From assembly GCF_001194135.2 (NCBI RefSeq), contig NC_068988.1, forward strand, positions 27,492,659 to 27,556,658: 64,000 bases of DNA, written 5' to 3'. This stretch comes from Octopus bimaculoides. Taxonomy: Eukaryota. How positions within the stretch are numbered: the stretch's first letter is position 1; each line of letters starts with the position of its first letter. Below are positions 37,255-49,240 of this stretch, piece by piece. The position numbers and the translations under genes were made by a program. The notes beneath the pieces were generated by a model. That model saw only the letters and a program-made list of their open reading frames with translations, searched no databases and was not told where the DNA came from.

Positions 37255-37645
37255 GGCGTAGGAGTGGCTACGTGATAAGTACCTTGCTTACAAACTACAT
37301 GGTTCCGGGTTCAGTCCCACTGCATGGCACCTTGGGCAAGTGTCTTCTACTATAGCCTCGGGCTGACAAAAGCCTTGTGTGTGAATTTGGTAGACCGAAA
37401 CTGAAAGAAGCCTGTTATATATATATGTATATATGTATGTGTATGTTTGTGTGTCTGTGTTTGTCCCCCCAACATCACTTGACAACCGATGCTGGTGTGT
37501 TTACATCCCCGTAACTTAGTGGTTTGACAAAAGAGACTGATAGAATAAGTACTAGGCTTACAAAGAATAAGTCCTGGGGTCGATTTGCTCGACTAAAGGT
37601 GGTGCTCCAGCATGGCCACAGTCAAATGACTGAAACCAGTAAAAG
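37255..37645 (+). mobile_element. SINE family A, full length
   Basis: ggcgtaggagtggct...gaataagtcctggggtcgatttgctcgactaaagg...gactgaaac. Confidence 0.9.
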
Positions 37646-37709
37646 TGTGTATANNNNNNNNNNNNNNNNNNNNNNNNNNNNNNNNNNNNNNNNNNNNNNN
37701 NNNNNNNNN

Positions 37710-37746
<37 letters not shown>

Positions 37747-37874
37747 CGTCTCTAACATTTATATTTGGTACCCTCTCTAACATCTGCTGTTTGATATGAA
37801 ATTTACTGATCCCGTTTGATTTTCCAAGTTGTACTGTTTCCATGAAGACCTATTTTAAGACTGATACTCTACTG

Positions 37875-38060
37875 GGTTATGATAATGAGGGTTCTAATTG
37901 GTCCAATCAACAGAACAGCCTGCTTGTGAAATTAATGTGCAAGTGGCTGAGCACTCCACAGACACACGTACCCTTAATGTAGTTCTCAAGGAGATTCAGT
38001 GTGACACAGATTATGACACGGCTAGCCCTTTAAAATACAGGTACAACTCATTATAAGTAG
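37875..38060 (-). mobile_element. SINE-like repeat family D, 3' part
   Basis: cagcctgcttgtgaaattaatgtgcaagtggctgagcactccacagacac, recalled as a common octopus repeat. Confidence 0.55.
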
Positions 38061-38346
38061 CTAAGCAGTATGCCAAGCTTGAGTTGTTACTTGTCAGCAA
38101 ATTTCCATTTCAACCAGACTGTTCTGCCTAGAATTTAAGTGTAACCCTTTTGATATTAACCTACCAGAGACTGTCCTGGTTCCATGTTACAAATTTTCTA
38201 TGTTCCAAGCTTGACAATGACAAAATTATTTTACTAAATCTTTCAATGGCAGTGTATTTCATTAGAAATGTAGTAAAATAATGATCAAAACTATATAAAA
38301 AAAAAAGCTGACAAGTGTACACATGAATGAGCTAATTTCTATATAG

Positions 38347-38510
38347 GTGCAGGCATGGTTGTATGGTTAAGCAGTTTGCTTCCCAATCACATGGTTTTGG
38401 GTTCAGTCCTACTGTGTAGCACCTTTGCAAATGACTTTTACTACAGTTCTGGGCTGAATAAAGTCTTGTGAGTGAATCTGGTAAGAAGAGTCTGAAAGAA
38501 GCCTGTCATA
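38347..38510 (+). mobile_element. SINE family A, 5' half
   Basis: gtgcaggcatggttgtatggttaag...ctgaaagaagcctgtc. Confidence 0.7.
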
Positions 38511-38554
38511 CGTGTGTGTATGAATGTATATTTCTGTCTTCTTGTTTTCACGTT

Positions 38555-38785
38555 TCATCATCATCGTTTAACACCCACTTTCCATGCTGGAATGTGTTGG
38601 ACGATTTGACTGAGGACTGGTGAACCGGATGGCTGCACCAGGCTCTAATCTGATCTGGCAGAGTTTCTACTGCTGGATGCCCTTCCTAACGCCAACCGCT
38701 CCAAGAGTGTAGTGGGTGCTTTTACGTGCCACCAGCACAGGAGCCAGTCCAGCAGCATTGGCAATGACCTCGCTCGAATGTTTTT
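38555..38785 (-). mobile_element. Family C repeat
   Basis: catcatcatcgtttaac...ctggatgcccttcctaacgccaacc. Confidence 0.85.
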
Positions 38786-38829
38786 TCATGATTGTTGTTA
38801 ATGAATGTCACTGATTTTCAATATTCTGT

Positions 38830-38995
38830 GTAAACATGTCTGGCCAAAGGGAACTATTACTTACTTGGAAACAGGTAAGGGTTGGCCACTGGAAGGGCAT
38901 CCAGCTGTTGACAGTCTGCCTCAACACATTCCATCTGAGCCATGCAAGCATAGAAAAGTGGACATTGACTAGTGGTGGTGGTGATGGTATGATGT
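38830..38995 (+). mobile_element. SINE A2 tail
   Basis: aaacatgtctggcc...ggttggccactggaagggcatccagc...ccatgcaagcatagaaaagtggac. Confidence 0.7.
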
Positions 38996-40494
38996 TGTAC
39001 CAGTTTGAGAATCATTAAAAATAAATGCCGTAAAATGTTTTATGTAAAGGAATATAATTTTTATTCACTTATGGTTTAAAAAATTGCAAGAAAATCTTGG
39101 TAAATATTAACTCTCAATAATAAACATATTTTATATAAATCCATTTCCATTTTGGAACTTCCTGAAAGTTTTGTGCCTGACCATGTTAAATTTTTAGCTG
39201 TCTCACTGTAAAACATTATTAATCACATCTCTGAAATATTCAAATTTTTTTTCTTTTTCTTTTTTTTCTTTTTTTTTTTTCTTAATTCTTAAGTTCTAAT
39301 GATAAATGAATTTAAATTAGATCAAAACTTGTAATAGATTTCAGTTTATTTGAGATAAAGTACATTTCAAGTGGTGGTGGTGGTGGTGGTGGTGGGGCTT
39401 TTGTTATGGGTGGAAATATCTTCTCCAACAAAAGGTGCCACCCAGACCCTCAATCTCTATCTTGTAGTGCCTTCAACATGCACTGCTTTCATTCCACTTT
39501 AATTTCCAATCTTATTCATGCTAACACAGATATTCATTAGCCAACTGATTCTAGTGACTAATCTTAATTACTTACTTTATTGATTAGTTATTTATTCTTG
39601 CCATCAGAAGGATTTCCACTGAAATGAGATGCAGCTGCAAATAATGTGTTGATAAAATATTTTATCATGATTCTCTTCTGTTTTACATATTCATTTTATT
39701 TGCCTTTGCAAGTTTATGTGGCAGTTGGGAATTTGAAAACTTTGAGATTCCTAAGTCAAGCTGCAACCAAAATTATAAAACCAGTATTGATCTAATGGAA
39801 CTGTTGTTCTCCAGAAACAGTTAAAACCAGCATAGATTATCGCTAATATTTCGAAGGGTAGAGGTGTATACAAGGAACTGACATTTACTGGGTAAAATGT
39901 CATTAAATGGCATCTAGCAATTCTCAGACTTAAAATCAATATGATCTCTGTTATTTATTCTGAAATTTAATTTTCATTATATTAGGCCACTAAGTGAACA
40001 ATGAAAAATCTTCTGACTTTGAAGATACAATTCAGAACTCTCTTGGATACTCCTGCTATTCAGCTTTTATAGATTTTGTTATAGATTATTAGAACAAAAA
40101 AAACGGTAATTCTTTTGTACAAGATTATGATTAAATATTTTTTATCAACTAAGGTTAGTTTGTCACAGATAATTTCTACTTGGCTATTTCTAAGAAATGT
40201 TGACTGATTATTATTTTGTTATTCTACAACTTTGCTATTGGTTCAATAGTATATTGCTCTCTCTATCTGACTTGTTCTATTCATGATCCTCCAAAAATGA
40301 ATGTCACCATTTCTGTTTCAACGACAGGTCTGTAAAATATCTGTTCCTCTTATTCCTAGAAGCATTTTTAATTTATGAAACGTATTCTACAACAAAATTT
40401 AGTTATGTGTAACTGTGAGAAAATAAACAGATTTATTAATCCTTATTTAATGTCTACATTTCCATTGAATTTGTTTAGATAGATTGCTAGTACC

Positions 40495-40697
40495 ACTTGA
40501 CTGGCCCTCGGGCCGGTAGCACGTAAAAGCACCCACTACACTCTCAGAGTAGTTGGCGTTAGGAAGGACATCCAGCTGTAGAAACCCTGCCAGATCAGAT
40601 TGGAGCCTGGTGCAGCCATCTGGTTTGCCAGTCCTCAGTCAAATCGTCCAACCCATGCTAGCATGGAAAGCAGACAAACGATGATGATGATGATGAT
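40495..40697 (+). mobile_element. Family C repeat, young copy with (GAT)n tail
   Basis: gcacgtaaaagcacccactacactctc...ggcgttaggaaggacatccagctgtagaaac...tcgtccaacccatgctagcatggaaagc. Confidence 0.85.
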
Positions 40698-41438
40698 ATT
40701 ATTTTATCTTGTAGTGTTCTCTTGTAATTTAAGGGTAATGTAACAACTCACTAATTCTTTTTGTAACCTATAATTCTAAATGTTTGGAGAATTTTACTGT
40801 TTTTTTTTTTCATTTTTATTTTGCTTATTTTTTTGTTGTTGTTATTCTATTCCAAATGTTTGCATTGTTTGCATGCCTTAGTAAATACTTCCTTTATAAA
40901 GAGATTTCTACTTTTTGTTACTGAGCCTGATAAAAGTTACACTTATGTGAAACACATTTAACTAGTTTCTTTGACTGTTGATATTTCTCTTGGTATTTGT
41001 ATATTTTATATTGTTTGCATACAATGTAGATAGGCATTTATCTAAACTAAATAAATAAAAAAAAAGAAAGAAAGAAAAGCAAAAATAACCACCTGTCTAT
41101 TTGTTGACCAAGAAAGAAGTAGGTACATATGTATGTGTATATACAGTTATAGATAAACAAGTAACCATTTCTGATTATGAATTTCAGAGTTTGTACCCTA
41201 ACTCACTTGGCAAGTGACTTAACATAATCTGTGCTGAAAATGAGACAGTTATATCATGGAAGTGTCAAGTCAACTATTTTTAAATTCCTAAATAGTTACA
41301 CACTCACTTCTCCTTTATTTCTTAACAGTACAGATACCAAAAAGTTACATTGAACATCTGTAATCTGGCTATTGACATAATTCCACTTTGTCTCATTTAT
41401 GAATTAATTCTATAAGTTACACACACACACACACACGC

Positions 41439-41483
<45 letters not shown>

Positions 41484-41499
41484 TACACACAGGGTACAT

Positions 41500-41702
41500 C
41501 AGTGGTTCTCGACCATTCTTTTTTACCTATGGATCTCTTTAATTCCTATTTCCTTTGGATGAACCATCATAGCCATTTGAAAAAAATCCCATTATATTTT
41601 TATAATTAAATATTATGAGGAATTGNNNNNNNNNNCCAATATATTTCACATAAATTTTAACAAGAAGATCTTATATGAACCCCCATGGGTTGAGAACCAC
41701 AA
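41500..41702. mobile_element. hAT-like MITE spanning a 10-N gap
   Basis: cagtggttctc...ttgagaaccac termini; same family as 12603-13174. Confidence 0.6.
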
Positions 41703-42079
41703 GTGTAGACTTTACTGACCTCTTTCTTTTAGTAAAGGTTACATACTTTAAACTAATCAATAAGCCATTTTATTTATCATAGTATAAAAGCTCATTTCCA
41801 CCCATATACACGCATGCTGAAAATCACCCAATTTCCCAAACCAACGCCGGCAAAAACATAACCTCCTTGGCAGGGGTAAAAAAAAATAACACAGCCATAT
41901 GATTTTAAGAAAAAAAACCCTTTAAAAACAGGAATCATCTGAAGCAGTTCACAACCACCAACATTGTCATTGTTTCCACTTCAACCACATACACTGCCAT
42001 CAATGTTATCATGATGGTTACCTTGACAGTCACTTTCCCCACCACAACCACTGCAATACCACCATCACACAACTAACAC

Positions 42080-43330
42080 CATCAGAAGTAATGGGCTGAG
42101 AAAATGGACGGATGGATATTTTGAGGCATGCCATATCTTTTCTTTATCTTTTGGTAGTGTCGTAGAATACTTACTATGAAAAGCCTTATGGAAATCAACC
42201 AAATATTAGCGAAATGACATCCTCTTCCAATTTGACTTTATACCTTATTGTAAACACTTCATCATCATATCCTTCTCTCCTCTAACCCACTTCTGGAACC
42301 CATTTACTCCTTCTTTAGAATCTCAACACTGGGTTCAGTTCCATTTAAAATTACTCTGATTACTCTGCAGAACATCCTTTAAGACCATTGGTGACAGACT
42401 AATACTTCTCTGGTTCCTAAACTCATGTGTCTCTCTCTTCTTAGATATTTGAATTACATTTCTCACTCCCCACTCATTCCATGAGAATTTTACCTGCTCC
42501 TCAGATGCAGTTAAATGGGTTTTTCTTTTGTTTTTGTTTGTTTTTTAAGTACACATCTACACACCAGCTTTTACCATCTTAGATACAATTCCATGATTTA
42601 TAATTCTTTAACTGCTTTATATAATTTTTGGTCTCAGCTAATGTAATTTCCCTTGTTTCAATGTCCAGATCCTATTCAGATCTGAGAATATTTTCTTCAT
42701 TTTGTGCAATTGATCTGTTTTATATTACTACTCCTACTGCTGCTTTTCATCTGTTCTTTATTTCTTTATCCATAGTCAGCAGGTTCCCCTGTGTAACTTT
42801 AATTGTGAGCTTTGTTTTTTTTGTTTTTTTTTGTTTGTTTTTTTGTTTTTTTGTAATCATGTCTGTAATTTCTTTAATTGATTTATAAGCTAATCTGGTA
42901 TTCTTCACTTTCCTTCTTTTTATTTGAGTATTACCCTCAATGTCATTCAAGTACTTCCTCTTATCGTACTTGGTGAGTTTTCTTACTTTGCTATTAAGGT
43001 CTGCATATTCACTTCTTAAAATAAGCAATCTTTGGTCATAATTACTTAGTTTCACATTTGAGTTTTTCTATCTTTTCTGTATCAAGGTCCTATTTTTTTT
43101 CCCCATTTTCAATCTATCTTTTCCTCACAGTTCTTCCTCCACTTTCAAATATTACTTTTGCTACTTCTTCTAGAATGTCTTGAATATCATTGCACACCTC
43201 TCCCACTTTCCTCTTCATCAATTAATGTCTGTAGAATGGCAAATCTATTTCTACATTCTCACGTCATAAAGTCTTCTTTTACGTTATAGTTTGTCCTCAT
43301 TTTCTCCATATCAGAGTCAAGATCCTAGTT
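42080..43330 (-). mobile_element. RTE LINE ORF fragment (linker + RT start), decayed
   Basis: EYADLNSKVRKLTKYDKRKYLNDI, GNLLTMDKEIKNR, EITLAETKNYIKQLKN and VDFHKAFHS follow the RTE motif order. Confidence 0.7.
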
Positions 43331-43631
43331 ATCAGCTTTCATTTTAGGTTAATTTTGAACTTAAATACTATGAGTTGAAATTTGTTACCAATATCAACTA
43401 CTTAGAAGTTGACTAAAAGATATAAAAGCTATGTTGTTTATTAATTGCAATATGAGAAACTCAAAGAAGTTCAAGTATATTTGTATATATTTCAGAGCTC
43501 AAAGATAAATTTCTGATTAAACTGCTCGTTTGCCATATAAAATTAGCAGTAGGTTAAATCACCAATCTAGTAAACAGGAGGTCAAGTGTTCCAATCTCTA
43601 TGTAGTCAAGCAATACTGCATTTTAGAGACA

Positions 43632-43985
43632 GAGACATGGCTGTGTGGTCAAGAAGCTTGCTTTGCAGCCATATGGCTTCAGGTTCAGCCCCACTGCAAG
43701 TACCATAGCCCTGGTCCATCCAATGCTTTGTGAGTTTAGTGGGAGGAAACTGTGTGGAAGCCCATCATATATATGAGTTTGTGTTTGTTCTCTACCACCA
43801 CTTAAAACTGGTGTTGGTTTGTTTACATCCCCATAACCTAGAAGTTTGCTAAATGAGATTAAAAGAATAAGTATCAGATTTAAAAGTAATTACTTAAGCT
43901 GATTTGTTTGACTAAAACCCTTGAAGGTGGTGATCCCAATATGGTCACAGTCCAATGCTTTTTAAACAAGTAAAAGACAAACGAT
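43632..43985 (+). mobile_element. SINE family A, decayed
   Basis: catggctgtgtggtcaagaagcttgc...gactaaaacccttgaaggtggtg. Confidence 0.75.
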
Positions 43986-44049
43986 AAAGCTATAGTCTAT
44001 TTTCATTCACTTTCCTTTTCCGGGCATTAAACAATGATGATGATGATGT

Positions 44050-44120
44050 TGTATTAGTTTAACACTTAAAAAGAAGGGAAAGACTTGATGTTTCTGGTAC
44101 TAGTCCTTCATCAGGAAAAA
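44050..44120 (-). mobile_element. Penelope-like repeat fragment with a canonical CUGAUGA...GAAAC core
   Basis: gtattagtttaac...aaagactt...tgtttc...ccttcatcagg parallels 27111-27190. Confidence 0.45.
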
Positions 44121-45221
44121 ATAAAAGAATGAGAAAAGATGGTAGAATACTCTATGGATGCAGTCAGAAAGTAACTTTGCTACCCTAAAATGAAAATAAT
44201 CTGGTCGCACAATGATTTTCTATCTACGATTCTGTACATGTATGTATATAATGTCTTCACTGAGTATTTTGTTGGCTCTGTCTTATTTCTATTGAAGATT
44301 GTATTTTCTTTCAATATTTACTGAAAATTTGGTTCATATTGACTTCAATGAGAAAAAAACGACTATATTAATGAAGTCTAAGAGTTTACATTCCATTCCT
44401 TCACCAAAAAAAAAAAAATATGCCATTTTGTTAGATGCAGAATGTTTATCACAATGTCATGCTTACTAGGCTAGAATCTGAGTTATCTGTACAGTCAAGC
44501 AATACTACACAGATATCAGCTAACTTGATAACTGGTCTCCTCCACAGAATATATATCACCAGCCATTTTGGCTAACCAAATTTCTTTCAAACCAACTGGT
44601 TTTGCTGAGTGAGATAATATTTAATCTTTAATAGAATTATTGCTACTTTTGCTGTGTTCATTGTACTTAAATATCTCTTATAGAACAAGTGAGTATACCA
44701 GGGAAAATAGTTAGATTTTAATGTTATTTAAATCATGGTATTTAAAATTGTGAGCTGGGAAAGCAGCTTGGAATTAGTGACATCAGATCTTTCTTTCAGG
44801 TAATGTAGATATGTGAATTATGAACAAGGTAAATGCTGTGGTGTATTGAAAATTAGGTTGCTTCTTTCTATGACTGATTCACTGATGTGAGATAACTTTG
44901 TGTTTTAGCCAAAGTATGAAGATAGGCCGAGGTGGTTAGAAATTGGTTGATGAAAACTGAGTAAAGAATTATCTAGTGTGAGAATGTTGTGGATGGTAGT
45001 AGCCAGGACAGTGTAGGATGTAATGAAAATAAATATCTGTGTGTGTGTGTGTGCTGCATGAAGTAAGCTGGTAAGAATTGGTAGCCAAAAACATAGACCT
45101 GTGTCAAAAAAAATATAGAATTTAATGTGTGTGTGTTGATAGGATGGCTATCATCTGTCAAGATGAAGCAATCATCATCATATATATATATGTATATTAG
45201 TTGATACAATAGTTGATACAA

Positions 45222-45972
45222 AGCCAGCAATTCTAGAGGGAGGAGTTAAGTTGATTACACCAATCTCAGTGTTCAACTGGTGCTTATTTTATGAACCTTG
45301 AAAGAAGGAAAGGCAAAGTCAACCTTAGTGGAATTTGAACTCAAAATGTAATGCTTCAGAATAAATAACACAGAGCATATTTTCAGATGCTCTAACAATT
45401 CTGCCATTTTGCTGCCTTTTAGTTGAGACAATAATGGTTTCAAATTTCAGTTGAAGGTCAGCAATTTCAGAAAAGTGGATAAGTCAAATACATCAGCCCC
45501 AGTGCGTAACTGGTACTTATTTTATCGACCCCTAAAGGATGAAAGGGAAAATTGACCCTGAAAGAATGTAAAGACGGATTAAATGGCACCAAGACACTTG
45601 CCCAGGGTGCCACGCAGTGGGACTGAACCCGGAACCATGTGGTTGGTAAGCAAACTACTTGCCACACAGCCACTCCTGTGCCTATATGGTAATATTTTCT
45701 TTTTTTTTTTCTTTTTCTGAGTTATAGAATTATATTACTTTGGTTTATAAGGCCACAAGCTGGTAGAATCATTAGTTCACTAAGCAAAACGCTTAACGAT
45801 ATATTATCCATCTCTATGTATTGAGTTCAAATTCCACTGAGGTCAACTTTGCTTTTTATCTCCTTGGGGTTGATAAAATAAGAACCAGTTGAGCAATGGG
45901 GTCGATGTAATTGACTTGATTCACCTGCTGCCCCAAAATTGCTGGCCTTGTGCCAAAATTTGAAACCAATAT
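45222..45972. mobile_element. SINE cluster: B(-) 45222-45425, B(-) 45440-45560, A(-) 45592-45685, B(+) 45755-45972
   Basis: Consensus motifs read directly in both orientations. Confidence 0.8.
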
Positions 45973-46253
45973 TACTTTACTTTATAAACTATATAACCAT
46001 AAGTTAATTGTCTACTGTTTGATAACTATAAACATGTATAAATAATATTCATTATGTGATGTTCTCAAAGCTTCAATATTCATTTGTATGTTGTAAGCAA
46101 TGGACAGTTACGATACCAAAATTCAACCATCAACTAGAAAAGCACCAATATGACTAAAGACTAAAATTCAAAATAAAATCCATGCAATTACAATTTTACT
46201 ACTACTTTACTGTCCAGCCATTACTGACTTTTTCTGTTTCTTGTAATACACAG

Positions 46254-46421
46254 GAGATTGCTTCACTTACTGACAATGCTAGCTTGCGAATTACCTAGCT
46301 TGGTTGCTTAGCCAAACAAGATGAATATAAGTAGCTTGCCATCTCAAGTTGTTTCTCTTCAATTTCAATACATCTTGAAACAGTTAAATACTTACAGCTA
46401 ACTATTTTATAATATGGACAA
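46254..46421 (+). other. Candidate exon, mostly 5' UTR, ending ATG GAC AA (46414-46421)
   Basis: Branch-like tactgac, polypyrimidine tract and cacag| acceptor; caa|gtgaga donor; stops in all frames before the ATG. Confidence 0.3.
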
Positions 46422-46687
46422 GTGAGAGTAACTGACAGGTCTCTCTCTCTCTCTTTTTCTCTCTCTCTCTCTCTTTCTCTCTCTCTCCTCAAAAGTTCAC
46501 CTGCTGAAATTGTAGCTAGGTGGTTGTCTTGATAGCTAATGCATAAAGTACCCTAATATCATTCAACTACGGTAGTAGTTAAATAATATTCTTAAGACTG
46601 CAGTTTACTCGCACACAGTATCTTTCAGAGATTGTTGCTAATTCAGTTCTTAACCAAATTGAAAATTGTTAACATTTTTGAAGAGGA

Positions 46688-47566
46688 CATGGAAAAATGT
46701 GAGCAAGAGAAATAATATTCTTGAGATTATAAATCTGGAAAATTACAGGACAAGTTATTACACTTGGAAAAGTTCAGGACAACTTATTACATCTGTACAG
46801 AACAAAAAATTTTTTACTTAAAATATTGCAGCTAAGGATAAAATTTGAATATTAAAAATTATAATTATTTGATTTTAATTTACAAAGTAACATTATAATT
46901 AAAAAAGGTACTATGATTTTGTTAAAATATTGACGCACTAGAATACTTTAAAAAATGAGAGCCAGAAGTACCGATATAGCTAGAGTTTTATGCAAAGTAG
47001 AATGGTAAATATGGTAGGCAAATTCATTATGTAAAAAATAGGCATTGGATCAAGACTAAAAATATAAAGATTTGGCAATAACTTAGGCAATAACTCAAGC
47101 AAATTTTACTGTGAATTTGTTGTTATAGGTAGATTTTACTGTAATATATAGCTAATTTTTGTATTCTATTTATTGTACTAACAAATTATGTACTACTATT
47201 ATTTTTTATAATCTATTTCCAAATTTTTAATTATTAATTAATAATTAAAAAAATAATTCTTTTTAAAGTGCAAAAGATATTTTGAGTTATTTTTAATTTT
47301 TAAAAGAAGTAACAAGTAATAACAAATAGAAATAATAACTTGTAATAAAATTTTTAGTTTTAATGAAAGCTAATATTTTCTAAATTTAAATATTTTATTT
47401 GAAATTTTATCCTTCGCTACAATATTTTAAGTGAAAATTTTCTTGTTCTGTACTTTACCAGATGTAACAAGTTGTCTTGAATTTTTCCAAGTGTAATAAC
47501 TTATCCTGTATTTTTCCAGGTTTACAATCTTAAGAATATTATTTCTCTTGCTCACATTTTTCCGTG
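46688..47566. mobile_element. 879-bp non-autonomous element with ~170-bp TIRs, CA(C/T)GG...CCGTG termini
   Basis: catggaaaaatgtgagcaagagaaataatattctt... mirrors ...aagaatattatttctcttgctcacatttttccgtg; AT-rich non-coding core. Confidence 0.85.
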
Positions 47567-47664
47567 TAATCACTCATACTTGATAGTACGTTACTGCAGA
47601 ATTGAAGGTTCATAGTTTGGCATATTTGCGGTAAGGGGACGCCCTATTATTTTATATATCCTAC

Positions 47665-47885
47665 CCATTTCATCTTCATCATCGTCATGTCTACTTTTCT
47701 ATGCTTGTATGGGTTGGATGGAGTTTATCAAGGCAAATTTTCTACAGTCAGATGCCTTTCCTGTCACCAATCCTCATCTGTTTCAAAGCAAGGTAATATT
47801 TCTCCATGGCTAGACATGTTCTTGTAGAATGTTGGAAATTAGCATTACTTGCATGACATACAATGTCAAGACAGGGAGACACATG
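47665..47885 (-). mobile_element. SINE A2 tail
   Basis: ctatgcttgtatgggttggatgg...gatgcctttcctgtcaccaatcc...ccatggctagacatgtt. Confidence 0.7.
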
Positions 47886-47991
47886 CACATATCCGTAACA
47901 ACATCAAAAAGCTAAATACTATATACAAAGGATCGTTTGTAGAAATACATAAATCCAGAGGAGAAGCACACTCTAAGATGTGGAGCAGTTA

Positions 47992-48158
47992 ATATTATAG
48001 TGGGATAGGCCGGTTTTTGGGGTTACCCTGGGTTTCTTGTTCATAAGGGGGCAGCAGACCAGCAGTATTTGGGGTCTAAAAGTATGCCATAGGGCTAAAG
48101 CCCTTATGAGCAAGAAACCCAGGGTAACCCCATAAACTGGCATTCCTGACTATAATAT
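47992..48158. mobile_element. 167-bp GC-rich hairpin element (MITE-like)
   Basis: Arms atattatag...ggggttaccctgggtttcttgttcataaggg and cccttatgagcaagaaacccagggtaacccc...ctataatat. Confidence 0.75.
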
Positions 48159-48180
48159 ATATATATATATATGTGTGTGT

Positions 48181-48552
48181 TATAAGTAGCTTGCTTATGA
48201 ATCACATGGTTCCGGGTTCAGTCCCACTGCGTGACACCTTGAGCAAGTATCTTCCACTATAGCCTCGGGCTGACCAAAGCCTTGTGAGTGGATTTGGTAG
48301 ACAGAAACTGAAAGAAGCCTATCGAATATATGTATGTGTGTTTGTGTGTCTGTGTTTGTCCCCCCACCATCGCTTGACAACTGATGCTGGTGTGTTTACG
48401 TCCCCGTAACTTAGCGGTTCGGCAAAAAGAGCTGTTAGAATAAGGACTAGGCTTACAAAGAATAAGTCCTGGGGTCGATTTGCTCGATTAAAGGCGGTGC
48501 TCCAGCATGGCTGCAATCAAATGACTGAAACAAGTCAAAGAGTAAAAAGAGA
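48181..48552 (+). mobile_element. SINE family A
   Basis: taagtagcttgctt...ccgggttcagtcccactgcgtgacacc...gactgaaacaagtcaaagagtaaaaagag. Confidence 0.9.
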
Positions 48553-49185
48553 GAGATAGAGGGTCGTGCGATATATACGACAGGCTTCTTTCAGTTTCCN
48601 NNNNNNNNNNNNNNNNNNNNNNNNNNNNNNNNNNNNNNNNNNNNNNNNNNNNNNNNNNNNNNNNNNNNNNNNNNNNNNNNNNNNNNNNNNNNNNNNNNNN
48701 NNNNNNNNNNNNNNNNNNNNNNNNNNNNNNNNNNNNNNNNNNNNNNNNNNNNNNNNNNNNNNNNNNNNNNNNNNNNNNNNNNNNNNNNNNNNNNNNNNNN
48801 NNNNNNNNNNNNNNNNNNNNNNNNNNNNNNNNNNNNNNNNNNNNNNNNNNNNNNNNNNNNNNNNNNNNNNNNNNNNNNNNNNNNNNNNNNNNNNNNNNNN
48901 NNNNNNNNNNNNNNNNNNNNNNNNNNNNNNNNNNNNNNNNNNNNNNNNNNNNNNNNNNNNNNNNNNNGTATGCCTTTCTTAAAAAATATTATGAAAAGGA
49001 ACAATTTCTGATAACTCCTTTTTCTGAAGAATCTTTAAGACTTTTACTTAGTGTTGAACTCATTCTCGGTTCTGATTCTCTTTTCTAGAGAGGTATGGTG
49101 GTGAAAGAAATACCAGTGTTTCTTATACATTGGTGACATTAGTAAATATTTACCAACTAACCTAGTTTTCTATCTCATACTTACT

Positions 49186-49240
49186 GCTGGCTAGCTGGCT
49201 GGCTGGCTGGTTGACTGGCTGGCTGGTTGGCTGGCTGGCT
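49186..49240. repeat. (GGCT)n tetranucleotide repeat, imperfect
   Basis: Direct reading. Confidence 0.85.
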
